From Bacteroidota bacterium (GTDB taxonomy: Bacteria > Bacteroidota > Bacteroidia > JACCXN01): DNA of 64,000 bases. This document shows positions 42,301 to 51,406 of the stretch, one piece after another; the stretch's first letter is position 1, and each line of letters begins with the position of its first letter. The notes under the pieces are model-generated. The model was not told the DNA's origin. It did not search any database and saw only the letters and a list, made by a program, of their open reading frames with translations. The position numbers and the translations under genes were made by a program. The DNA lies in assembly GCA_013696965.1 (NCBI GenBank), contig JACCXN010000083.1, positions 30,363 to 94,362 of the forward strand, written 5' to 3'.

Positions 42301-45107
42301 ATCCAACCTGAAGGGCCATGCCACAGGTATTTACCCGCAATATTCACTGTAAGCAAAACGGAATCCCCCGGACAAATAACTCCATGGGAGGGTTGAGCCG
42401 TTATATTTGGTTGAGGTTTGAAGATTACATTTTTATATTGTGCTTCTTTTTTTTGGCAACCATTTGAATCTAATACAGTAATTTCAAGTTTGTAATTTCC
42501 TGAATTATAAATATTAATTGAATCTGTATCATTGGGTCCTGAAATTCCTGAACCATCTATATTGGACCAATCGTAAATATAATTTCCTTGTAGCGTGGTC
42601 CATAATGGAATAGTATCCCCTGGGCATAAAATTTCATTTCCGAAAATCTGGAAAGGGGAAATTTCTGGTGCGGGATAAACAATAATATATATTGAATCAG
42701 ACACCAGCGTTGTGTCAGTTCCGCATGTGTTGTTCCTGATTACAGTTGCATTAAAATAATACCATCCGGTTTGAACTGGCAAAAAACTAATAGCCGCTTG
42801 ATTTGGACATGTAGAATTGGAAAAATTTGGAACAGGATAATTTTGCCATAGTGTTTGTGTAACATCTATGCAATAAGGAAGAGTAGTAATTGCAGCGGGG
42901 TTTGTTATAGTGTCATAAATAAAAACCCTGATGTATTTATTTGGGCAGGTTCTAATTGTATCAGTATAAAAGGTGTCCAAGGGGAATCGCATTCTAAGAT
43001 CATAGAGCGGCAGAACATCTACTTTAACATATATTTTATTTGTGTTTACACAATTATTACTGTCAATCACATTAAAAGTATACCAACCGGAGTTTTTTGC
43101 CCAAACGCTGTCTGAATTTACAGTTCCAATGTTTGTGTTTATCCAATATCTTGTTTGTATATTGGAAGAAGGATGCCCGGTTAATAAAACACTATCCGGG
43201 AAACATAAAAAAACTGGATTGGTATTAATTTTAAAGGTATTTACTCCTTTACTGTCAGAAATAGGAGGTATAAGGGGTACTGGATTTACCTGTACGTATA
43301 TTGTGTCAGAACTTACAAAACATCCGTCATAACTGCTGAGTTGTAATGAGTAGTTTCCAGAGGTATTGATGAAACTATTGAAGGTGGTATCCCCGTTTGA
43401 CCAGTTGTAATGAAAAGCCGGAGCAATACTGTTAATATCTATAAGGTGTATGTTGGTGGTTGTTTGGGTATTACTAGAAATAAAATTTGGCCCGCAAAGG
43501 GCTATTGTATCGGCACAATTTTCAGCTGCGCAAACACCCAGATAAGGTCTGTTACATGTGCTGCCTTCCCGGTAATAATAATCATAAGGGGCACGTGATT
43601 CATCAAAAACCTGTCCTGCAATTAAATCACCATTCCCCCTGGAATTAATAGATAAATAAAAATTATAAAAAGGATCAGCACATAATGCATTGGGAGAATT
43701 GGCGGTGTTGTTTTTAGTTAAATTTCCTGTTACATTATATACAGCATTTGTTCTGGGAATGTTCAAATTATTCCAGTAACTACCACCAATTAACAATTGA
43801 TTGGAGGTGTTTATGGCATTAGTCCAACAGTGATCATTGTTAACGCTTCCTGCTTGTTGAGCCCAGGTTCTTTCCAGGTTATTATTGAATTTAATTGCAT
43901 ATATATCCCAGTATCCTACACTGTTAAAAGTTCCCTGGCCATAGTAATTTGCAAGGTTTGAAAAAACACATTTAAAGTGACCTCCAATATATACGTCCCC
44001 TGATAAGGTAACAGCTACTGTCCTGGAACTTATGTCGCTAGCCGAGGCTTCTGTGGTGGCTTTGATAAAAGTGCCTGAAGTGTCGTATTTGGCCACAAAA
44101 ATTTTATTGTAATAAGTACTATTAGAAATAGTTTGGTTTTGCCCTGGTTGAAAAAAGATCAATTGGTTTCCTTTGTTGTCCCCTGTGATGTATAAATCCT
44201 TCCCTTTTACCAATAATCCATATGCTATATTCATTTGTCCTCCGCCAATTCTTCTGAACCAAAGCTCATTTCCTTCAGGGTCGATTTTCATCAGGAAAAT
44301 GGCATTCATCATATTGTTGTTGTAGGTATTGGTAAATTGAATGGTGTCGGAGAATTGCCCGGTTACATAAATATTCCCAGAATCATCTGATGCAATGCTC
44401 ATACCCCTGTCAGTGTATTTTGCATTTCCCTGTTTAACCCATACTTCATTTCCTGATCCATCATATTTTGCAATGAATACATCATAAGAAGGTAATCCAT
44501 CGATTGGATCTATCATGCTGTTCACAGAAATGCTCCCGAAATTTACCTGACCTCTAAACTGGCCCGTAATATATACATTGCCCAAGGGGTCGGAACATAC
44601 TTTATAGCCCATGTCTCCGGTCATAGCCCCTCCTGCAGATTTTACCCAAAGGACATCCCCGGTAATGCCATCATACTTGGCCAGGAAAATATCCTGGGTG
44701 GCATTTATTGCACTAAGAGTAAAACCGTCAAAAGAAGCAAATGTGGAATAAAATCCGGTCACAAAACAGTTCCCTGCCGGATCCAGCGCTATGGATAAGC
44801 CCTTGTCGGCTCCCTGGCCGCCAGCTTTTTTTAACCATAAAATACTGCCTACAGGGTCAATTTTGGCAACAAAAATATCCAGATAACCATTGGAATTCAT
44901 GTTTATTCCTCCCAATTGCATTACCTGACTGAAATATCCTGTTATATAAACATTGCCGCTGGCATCGGTAACCATATCAATGCATTCGTCAATTTGCTGA
45001 CCTCCACCGGTTGTTATATGATAGTTTTGGGATTTTGCCTCCGGTATAATCAACAGGAATAGGCAAAGTATTATATTAAGAAGAATAAAAACCTTTGATT
45101 TATTCAT
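39357..45107 (-). CDS. Large (1916 aa) T9SS type B cargo: SBBP beta-propeller plus about a dozen Cys-containing Ig/PKD-like repeats
   Basis: Signal peptide; repeated D..GN.Y.TG.F and DIF.AK.D..G...W units; N.P.C....L.L and Y.W.GP..F.S repeats; CTD FPNVFTPNGD.KND.F...IFNRWG...WDG...G.YF. Confidence 0.9.
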   Translation of the reverse strand: MNKSKVFILLNIILCLFLLIIPEAKSQNYHITTGGGQQIDECIDMVTDASGNVYITGYFSQVMQLGGINMNSNGYLDIFVAKIDPVGSILWLKKAGGQGADKGLSIALDPAGNCFVTGFYSTFASFDGFTLSAINATQDIFLAKYDGITGDVLWVKSAGGAMTGDMGYKVCSDPLGNVYITGQFRGQVNFGSISVNSMIDPIDGLPSYDVFIAKYDGSGNEVWVKQGNAKYTDRGMSIASDDSGNIYVTGQFSDTIQFTNTYNNNMMNAIFLMKIDPEGNELWFRRIGGGQMNIAYGLLVKGKDLYITGDNKGNQLIFFQPGQNQTISNSTYYNKIFVAKYDTSGTFIKATTEASASDISSRTVAVTLSGDVYIGGHFKCVFSNLANYYGQGTFNSVGYWDIYAIKFNNNLERTWAQQAGSVNNDHCWTNAINTSNQLLIGGSYWNNLNIPRTNAVYNVTGNLTKNNTANSPNALCADPFYNFYLSINSRGNGDLIAGQVFDESRAPYDYYYREGSTCNRPYLGVCAAENCADTIALCGPNFISSNTQTTTNIHLIDINSIAPAFHYNWSNGDTTFNSFINTSGNYSLQLSSYDGCFVSSDTIYVQVNPVPLIPPISDSKGVNTFKINTNPVFLCFPDSVLLTGHPSSNIQTRYWINTNIGTVNSDSVWAKNSGWYTFNVIDSNNCVNTNKIYVKVDVLPLYDLRMRFPLDTFYTDTIRTCPNKYIRVFIYDTITNPAAITTLPYCIDVTQTLWQNYPVPNFSNSTCPNQAAISFLPVQTGWYYFNATVIRNNTCGTDTTLVSDSIYIIVYPAPEISPFQIFGNEILCPGDTIPLWTTLQGNYIYDWSNIDGSGISGPNDTDSINIYNSGNYKLEITVLDSNGCQKKEAQYKNVIFKPQPNITAQPSHGVICPGDSVLLTVNIAGKYLWHGPSGWMNYDTLQSVYVNIAGFYYCLVTDNDSCQRVSNTFEVRNYTTPFLEITPHGILCPGDSIQLEVFSSTFGIYQWSAPLFGSDSIQWIYQPGTYTCVVTSCNIPTSVSANIIISPVEALITASQTGTLCAGDSVTLYANSGMTTYEWQPGGQATQIIVVNNPGAYNVVVTDFYGCKDTSAFVSVNFHPEVNAPTASDTTICHGNSVTLNASSSNPIQWLDAPGGNLLAMSNAFTTNPLYSDTSYFVTSTDFSCSSIPLQVNVFMSIASLAPQLSFNNPVCVGGTLELTTPGIINGIYQWIGPDNFSSALQNPTITNVNSTNQGTYSLIIGDGVCQSPMSTLYIEFDAMPVLNLNNSGVVCQGDSLFLYADTLNGSYSWTGPGNFSSTFISPSLIASIQSSGFYYLEVSFPGCPPVKDSIEVTVLAQPPAPALSYNSPLCEYDTLFLNATFLFNAQYNWNGVQSFTSNLQNPFIYPALAGNYTATVTLDGCQSQEAYLMVNVQPTPLITNISVNTPICQGSSIILTGQASLPSVFIWYDPFGISYQGNPFTILNSDTTYNGTYELIVVANGCFSQVSSIEIDVVPLPLLDTIIIVASCDGSPLIIITDSLTGAIYHWSGPMTITSNQNPLIIPNANSSYAGTYSVYASVNGCIGNSVNATLTVFPLPEAPNAQSNSPVCMNDTLVLSATGPANSQLIWNGLNLVDTGQTVYFTSQTSGWFTYYVTAQVNGCASVPDTLLVEIMPGPENPYPFSNDPVCTNDTLYLYSSHYNGQNYQWTGPLGFQSTNSSDLIGLPSTFNSGYYILNTNVGNCSITDSILVQVYIAPIVSLGNDTIICNGETLLLEPANNFAQYFWQDYSSSNSFNVGSSGVYFVWVSDSAGCAAMDSIEISYIPCNATFPNVFTPNGDKKNDFFTFDSKGYSEFDLKIFNRWGTLIAELNLQANSWDGTLFNGNQAPEGVYFIEFSGVTFEGQIDSSNAFFHLLR

Positions 45108-45362
45108 CGGAGAACTTTCGATATTTAAGGCTAATTTACCTTTTTTAATCGGAAAACCAAGGTTTTTATATTAAAAGTCCCATAACACCTCAAATTTAAA
45201 GATAAAGGAGAAAAACATAAATTCCCTTCATCCGGATTGAGTCATCTCTTACAAATTGCGATTAACATATTTAAAACCATTTATTGGCTTCCCTTAAATT
45301 TAATCCATCTTAGTATATATTTGGCATTACCGAAATTACATTGTCACATTATTTAAAAATGC

Positions 45363-46216
45363 TTACAAGTTGCCTTTTATGAATTTCATGTTTACCATTT
45401 TGCCTTTTAACAAGAAATTCAAAATATATATTCCATTAGCATCCTCCAAAGAATCTATTCCAGCAACGAGCACTAAACTACCATCCATTGATTTTAAGGA
45501 GGCGTTAACTCTTGCAATTCCAGGGAAAGTACTGATTTGATTCCATGTATCCGTTGCAGGGTCATATTCATAAAGTTCCTTTCTTAAACTCTCGTTTTGA
45601 TCCTTGCCAAAAATCAAATAACCTTTTCCGTTGTGGACAGTGGCAGATGCACGCCAAAGGGAACCAAAGGGCAAATTGTTTTTTTGAATCCAGGTATCAT
45701 TGGCCATAGTATAAGCCCATACTTCATTGATGGATGAATTTACTGTTGTTTTCCCACCTATAATGTAAGCTACATTGTTAATTACCATACTGCTTGATCC
45801 GGCTCTGCCAACAGAGGGTAAAGGTGATTTAATACCCACTGATTGGACTGTTCATTGAACATCCATAAATCATTTAAATAATCGGAATTAACTCCTCCAA
45901 AAACATAACCTGAATTCGTGGATGAAAATCCTGAAGCATATTGCCTTTCTGTTCCAGTGGGCATTGAAGGGGATATGCTCCATGATTCTGTTGTCATATC
46001 AAAGCTATAGACGTCATTACAGGCAATCCAACCTGTTTTAAAACCGGTGCCGCAGTATGCTTTATTTCCAATCATAAAATAGGTTCCGTCATCCCTTTCA
46101 GTAGAAGGAAAATCTGCAATTTGCTCCCAGCTCTGACTCATTGATGTAAAGTGGACTGTGCTTAGTAAAAAACACAGTATATATTTAATGCTAAAAGGGA
46201 TTAAATGATAGGGCAA
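45363..46216 (-). pseudogene. Kelch-repeat T9SS cargo gene, frameshifted and internally deleted
   Basis: Kelch repeats continue across two ORFs; one extra A in the AAA run at 45828-45830 restores QWVLKSPLPSVGR; the Kelch sequence then jumps directly into a CTD tail (NGIYILNF...KFIK). Confidence 0.8.
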
Positions 46217-46345
46217 GAATATGGATTGTTAACAGGTGATTACTAATCTAAAAATGAAGTAAATCTATTGATTTTTTCAGAAAGAGTACAATTCCATCGA
46301 TTGATTATTTTAGTTTAATCAATTATTTAAGATAGAATGGTATGT

Positions 46346-46388
46346 AAACAAGAAAGCCGTTCCAATAATTGAAACGGCTTTCTTGTTT
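46346..46388. terminator. Terminator downstream of lolA
   Basis: AAACAAGAAAGCCGTT ... AACGGCTTTCTTGTTT, 16-bp inverted repeat. Confidence 0.8.
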
Positions 46389-46405
46389 TAGGTTAAATTT
46401 AATTC

Positions 46406-47062
46406 CTATTCTCTTAAATCAATCACTTCCACCTTTGGGTATTTTGCAGCATTGAAAGTAAAATGAGCATCTGTAACATCAGCATTAGGAACGAATGATT
46501 TAACTGTATAGGTGTAATTGTTTCCATCCTTGCTTAAAACCTTTATTGAATGTATTTGCTTTGCATTTTTATCAATGTATAGCTTTACTGTATGAAAAGC
46601 TTTAGCTTTTGTGTCAATAGGATATAAGTTAATGGATTGAATCACTTTTCCATTTTCGGTTTTTTCTCCTTCAAATTTATATTTAAATCCTTTTTCATAC
46701 ATAGTAAATATATTAGAAGGAGTAATAGCATCACTCGAGGATGGATCAATGTTGTTAATTTGAACTTCATTGGCATCCTTTAAATAAGTCCAGACTGTTT
46801 TGCCATCAGAAATAACTTCCTGACCAGCGATTTCTAAACGGTATTTGCTTCCCTTGATAGTGATTGTTCCTTCCTGTGTCTCGTTTATTTTAGCACTTGG
46901 ATTTTCAAGTGTGTAGGAAAAGGTAGCTTTTATACTGGAATAGGATTTGGTTTTTGCGCTTAATTCATCCAGTATTGCCTTTGCTTTGACATCATCCTGG
47001 GCAGAAGCATTATAAGTACTAAGTGCTACAAATGCTATAATTATTGTAAGTAGTTTTTTCAT
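46406..47062 (-). CDS. lolA: Outer-membrane lipoprotein carrier protein LolA
   Basis: Signal peptide; A.F.YTL...G....KG.KYRLE...QEVISDGKTVW.Y....NEV.I; position directly downstream of ftsK. Confidence 0.85.
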   Translation of the reverse strand: MKKLLTIIIAFVALSTYNASAQDDVKAKAILDELSAKTKSYSSIKATFSYTLENPSAKINETQEGTITIKGSKYRLEIAGQEVISDGKTVWTYLKDANEVQINNIDPSSSDAITPSNIFTMYEKGFKYKFEGEKTENGKVIQSINLYPIDTKAKAFHTVKLYIDKNAKQIHSIKVLSKDGNNYTYTVKSFVPNADVTDAHFTFNAAKYPKVEVIDLRE

Positions 47063-47124
47063 GATTATAAAGCGGAATTTTTAGTGAATTTATTGTTTTA
47101 AAAATAATGATTTTATCGCATTGC

Positions 47125-49596
47125 TCATTCACCTTTCAAAAACTGTTCCAAAGATACTTCATCGGGAATTAGCACCTGTCTTGCCTTGCTTCCTTCAAAT
47201 GGCCCTATTATTCCAGAGGCTTCCAGTTGATCGATTATTCTTCCGGCCCTGTTATAGCCAAGTTTGAGCCTGCGTTGTAAAAGAGAGGCGGAGCCTTGCT
47301 GGTGTATTACAACTATTTTAGCGGCTTCAACAAACATTGAATCCCTTTCTGATGCATCCATCGCTTTGCCCGTTCCTCCCTCAGAATCATCAACATATTC
47401 AGGAAGTAAAAATGCTTCAGCATATCCTCTTTGAGAGCCAATAAATTCGGTTATTTCATCCACCTCAGGTGTATCCACAAAAGCACATTGCAATCGAATA
47501 ATATCGCTTCCTGTAGATAAAAGCATATCACCCCTACCAATTAACTGGTCTGCACCTCCACTGTCCAAAATTGTCCTGGAATCGATGCGTGATGTAACTC
47601 TGAAGGCAATTCTAGCTGGGAAGTTGGCCTTAATAGTTCCTGTAATAATATTAACCGATGGTCTTTGTGTGGCAATAATAAGATGAATACCAATTGCCCT
47701 TGCAAGCTGTGCAAGACGGGCAATAGGTGTTTCCACTTCCTTGCCTGCTGTCATTATTAAATCAGCAAACTCATCTACAACCAAAACGATATAGGGCAAA
47801 AATTTATGCCCCTGTTCAGGATTTAGCTTTCGGGCAATAAACTTTGTATTGTATTCCTTAATGTTTCTTACATGTCCGTTTTTAAGAAGTTCGTAACGCT
47901 GATCCATTTCAATACACAATGAATTCAGCGTGTTAACCACCTTTTTTGTATCTGTAATAATAGCCTCTTCATTACCTGGAAGCTTTGCAAGAAAATGCCT
48001 TTCTATTTTATTGAATAGTGTAAGTTCTACCTTTTTTGGATCCACCAATACAAATTTCACCTGGGAGGGATGCTTTTTATAAAGCAATGAAACAAGGATT
48101 GCATTCAATCCAACGGATTTACCTTGCCCCGTTGCTCCGGCCATTAACAAATGGGGCATCTTGGCAAGGTCAGCAATAAAAGTTTCATTGGAAATGGTTT
48201 TTCCTAGTGCTATTGGCAATTCCATATCTGTATTTTGGAATTTTTCTGATGCAATAACAGAACGCATGGAAACTATTTCTGGTTTCTGATTTGGAACCTC
48301 AATTCCGATTGTCCCTTTTCCAGGAATTGGAGCTATTATACGAATTCCAAGAGCAGATAAACTCAGTGCAATATCATCTTCCAGATTTTTGATTTTGGAA
48401 ATACGAACACCTGCATCTGGAATAATCTCATAAAGCGTAACAGTTGGCCCAATAGTGGCCTTAATTTTAGCTATGCCTATATTGTAATTTTTCAGGGTTT
48501 CAAGAATCTTGTTTTTATTTTCCTCAAGCTCGTCTTTATTGATGACAATGGAAGAAGAACCGTGTTTTTCGAGCAAATCAATATTCGGGAATTTATAGGA
48601 TGACAAATCCAGGGTAGGGTCATATTCTCCAAAGGGTGATTTGTTTTCAATTACTTCAAGCTCTTCATCTTCAACAGGATTGTTTTCAATTTCAAGCTCT
48701 GAGGATATTAATTCTTCTGTTTTTTCATTTTTAACTACCTCCAGTTCCTCAAAATCATCTTCTAATATAAAAGGTATTTTGTTTGCTTCATTTTTCAAAG
48801 TGATTTCAGGAACTTCCTCTTCCAAATTTAAAACATCTGTTTCTTGTTCCTCTAATTGCTGAGTCTCTGTTAAAGGTTTATTAAAAGGATTAAGTGTGTT
48901 TGATTTTAAATCGAAGCCTGCTAAATCTTCAGTTTCAGTATTTATTTCAGTTTTAGAAAAAAGGCTATTTAAAAAATCAAAGGATATATTAAAAACTGCA
49001 ACCATTGATCCGATAAAGATGAAAAACAAAAGCAATCCTGTTCCTGCGGTCCCAATAATTGAGTTTAACCACAGGGAAACGTGAAAGCCAAATGCACCTC
49101 CAGCAATTGGCGCGATATCTTTAAAAAGAAATCCTAAAAGCACAGAAACCCATAAAATCACAAAAAAACTAAAACGGTATGCTTTAAGGATTGGGGTAAT
49201 GGATACACCTGTAAGTATTTTAAATCCAGTAATAAAAAACAGGAATACAAATAAATAAGAAATTACTCCAAAGAGATTGTGAATAAAAAAATGTGCTAAA
49301 ATTGCTCCTAATTTCCCTAGCCAATTCTCCACAAGGAGACCAGGGTCAAACAAAAGATCCCAGGTTGAGTTAAAAATCTTATCCTGATCGTTTTGCCATG
49401 TAAATAAAAAAGAGGTAAATGCGATTAATAAACAAAAGCTAAATAATAGAAGGATAAGACCGAAAATTTTCTTTGGTCTTTCATTTATTTTGAAATTAGC
49501 TAAAGACCCAAATGGATTTTTAAAGCTAGTTTGCCTTTCTTCTACTGGGGCAGTCTCGTTGCTGTTTTTTTTAAATTGGTTTCCTTTGGCGGACAT
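47125..49596 (-). CDS. ftsK: DNA translocase FtsK
   Basis: N-terminal TM domain; Walker A GATGQGKS; VDEFADL; ATQRPS; gamma domain SLLQRRLKLGYNRAGRIIDQLE. Confidence 0.96.
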   Translation of the reverse strand: MSAKGNQFKKNSNETAPVEERQTSFKNPFGSLANFKINERPKKIFGLILLLFSFCLLIAFTSFLFTWQNDQDKIFNSTWDLLFDPGLLVENWLGKLGAILAHFFIHNLFGVISYLFVFLFFITGFKILTGVSITPILKAYRFSFFVILWVSVLLGFLFKDIAPIAGGAFGFHVSLWLNSIIGTAGTGLLLFFIFIGSMVAVFNISFDFLNSLFSKTEINTETEDLAGFDLKSNTLNPFNKPLTETQQLEEQETDVLNLEEEVPEITLKNEANKIPFILEDDFEELEVVKNEKTEELISSELEIENNPVEDEELEVIENKSPFGEYDPTLDLSSYKFPNIDLLEKHGSSSIVINKDELEENKNKILETLKNYNIGIAKIKATIGPTVTLYEIIPDAGVRISKIKNLEDDIALSLSALGIRIIAPIPGKGTIGIEVPNQKPEIVSMRSVIASEKFQNTDMELPIALGKTISNETFIADLAKMPHLLMAGATGQGKSVGLNAILVSLLYKKHPSQVKFVLVDPKKVELTLFNKIERHFLAKLPGNEEAIITDTKKVVNTLNSLCIEMDQRYELLKNGHVRNIKEYNTKFIARKLNPEQGHKFLPYIVLVVDEFADLIMTAGKEVETPIARLAQLARAIGIHLIIATQRPSVNIITGTIKANFPARIAFRVTSRIDSRTILDSGGADQLIGRGDMLLSTGSDIIRLQCAFVDTPEVDEITEFIGSQRGYAEAFLLPEYVDDSEGGTGKAMDASERDSMFVEAAKIVVIHQQGSASLLQRRLKLGYNRAGRIIDQLEASGIIGPFEGSKARQVLIPDEVSLEQFLKGE

Positions 49597-49615
49597 AATA
49601 AAGAATCTAGCTTTG

Positions 49616-49623
49616 CAAAGTTA
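49616..49623 (-). promoter_or_regulatory. -7 promoter box for ftsK-lolA
   Basis: TAACTTTG(CA) on the minus strand 20 nt upstream of the ftsK start. Confidence 0.6.
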
Positions 49624-49665
49624 AAAAAATCTTGCTGCTTAAGGGTTTTAATGAAAATAAAAGAT

Positions 49666-49710
49666 AAAGAAAGAAGGGATTTTCATAAAATGAAAATCCC
49701 TTCTTTCTTT
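49666..49710 (-). terminator. Perfect 21-bp inverted repeat downstream of the 49737 gene
   Basis: AAAGAAAGAAGGGATTTTCAT-AAA-ATGAAAATCCCTTCTTTCTTT. Confidence 0.8.
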
Positions 49711-49736
49711 CAAATGTTACAAAAGTTTTTATAAAA

Positions 49737-50393
49737 TTATTCCCCGCCAAACATTTGCTGTAATTCTTTCATAGTTGTTTCAGGATATCCTTCAGGAACT
49801 ATAAACTTTGAATCCTCAACTTTTTCTTCCTTTACTGATTTTGCAGTGGTTTTTGTTTTTAATCCGCCCATATCACCTTCAAATTCTAATGGAAATCCCT
49901 CAAGTACTTTAAAAGGGGATGAATATTTAGGATATGCGATATCATTGGTATAGTATACAATCAACGGACTTGAATCTTCAGAAATTTGAATTTCTGCTTT
50001 TTTACATGTATATCCGGCAATAATTTTTGTTTCATCAAAATATTTTATTGATTGGGATTGTTTATCAAGTTTTGTCAAATCCTCTGGGGAGGTTTTAATC
50101 ATAAATTTTTGGCCCATTATCTCAAGTAGAGTAACAACCGTTTTAGCCTTAGAGTCAGAAAGAGTGATTGATTTTTGCATTGCCATTGAACTTTCACTCC
50201 TTGATTTTTCATTTTTCAGGTATGTTTTTAATTCCATTCCTGCCAGCATAGCTTTAGTCATGGGGTCCATTTCATCTGCATCAACACTTATATCGAAAAC
50301 AATAACTCCCTCAAAAGATTTCTTTTTTTGGGCATAAACAAAAACGGATGAAAACAGGAATAGAGTTGCTAGAATTAATTTTATTTTTTTCAT
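49737..50393 (-). CDS. DUF4412/GLPGLI-like secreted protein (signal peptidase I type)
   Basis: Signal peptide ending YAQ; FEGVI.F, ETKIIAGYTCKKA, GFPLEFE, F.VPEGY. Confidence 0.75.
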   Translation of the reverse strand: MKKIKLILATLFLFSSVFVYAQKKKSFEGVIVFDISVDADEMDPMTKAMLAGMELKTYLKNEKSRSESSMAMQKSITLSDSKAKTVVTLLEIMGQKFMIKTSPEDLTKLDKQSQSIKYFDETKIIAGYTCKKAEIQISEDSSPLIVYYTNDIAYPKYSSPFKVLEGFPLEFEGDMGGLKTKTTAKSVKEEKVEDSKFIVPEGYPETTMKELQQMFGGE

Positions 50394-50520
50394 GATTTTA
50401 TTTTAAGTTCAAAAATAATAATTTGGGTTGTTACTCGTAATTTAACAATTATCAGAATTTGGAATAATAAAACATTTTCAAAAAGGGGAGAATAAGAAAT
50501 ATAGAGATTGTTTTAACCTG

Positions 50521-51204
50521 TTAATTTAGGTTTAAAAACAGTTGATCCATTTCTTCTTTAGTGATTATTTTATAATCATCTGGTTTCTCAAAATCACTGT
50601 CATCAATATCCGCTTTTTTTACTGAGGTTGCCGTAAAACGCATTACAACATTGTACCGTTTTAATTGATATTCCATTAACACTCCGTTAATTTCCTTATA
50701 CGGGGTACTCCAATTGGGAGTTTTTAAATTTATGTCTTCAGTAAAATAAATATCGTAGCTGGTGTTTTCATCATCTTTAAAAGTGATTAAAGATCTTTTG
50801 GTTTCATAGCCGGCAATTGTCTTCTTTTCACCGGTGAAATTAATATTAATTCCAGGCATTTCGTCAATATCATGAATTTCTGCGGCATTGTATGTAAGTG
50901 CGTATTTCTTATTAAGAATTTTCACCAAATGCAACAGCTTTTGATTTTGAAGATCGGAAACAAAAGTTGCTTTAAACAAACCCATTCCACCAGTAAATTC
51001 AAAAGCTACTTTATCGTTTTTGAATTTCAGTAACATTGTTTTTGGCATTAATGCAATCATTACGTTATCCTCTGCAGTTTCTGGATATGAAATATCATAT
51101 TCAATAATCCCTTCTGAAATGTATTTTTCATCAGTTAATTGACGGCATGAGGTGAAAAAGCAAAATAAAAATAAAGGAAGTAGTAAAAATTTCGCCTGGT
51201 TCAT
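50521..51204 (-). CDS. DUF4412/GLPGLI-like lipoprotein, paralog of the 49737 gene
   Basis: Lipobox FTSC; EGIIEY, EKKTIAGYETK, GVLMEYQ, F..PDDY; -7 box TATATTTG at 51268-51275 (minus). Confidence 0.75.
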   Translation of the reverse strand: MNQAKFLLLPLFLFCFFTSCRQLTDEKYISEGIIEYDISYPETAEDNVMIALMPKTMLLKFKNDKVAFEFTGGMGLFKATFVSDLQNQKLLHLVKILNKKYALTYNAAEIHDIDEMPGININFTGEKKTIAGYETKRSLITFKDDENTSYDIYFTEDINLKTPNWSTPYKEINGVLMEYQLKRYNVVMRFTATSVKKADIDDSDFEKPDDYKIITKEEMDQLFLNLN

Positions 51205-51318
51205 TTAATTAATAGCTTTAATGGCTTTATAATGTCACTTGAATTGGAATTAAAGCGACAAAGGATGCAAATATATTAATTTTTATTAATTGCCGATAAA
51301 TAAGCACAATAAGCTGAT

Positions 51319-51365
51319 AAAAAAAGAGCTTTTTTTGATAATAATTCTCAAAAAGCTCTTTTTTT
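51319..51365. terminator. Terminator downstream of speA
   Basis: AAAAAAAGAGCTTTTT ... AAAAAGCTCTTTTTTT inverted repeat. Confidence 0.7.
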
Positions 51366-51406
51366 AGTGAAAAATCATTGAATTTTTATTTTGTTTTTTT
51401 TCATTT

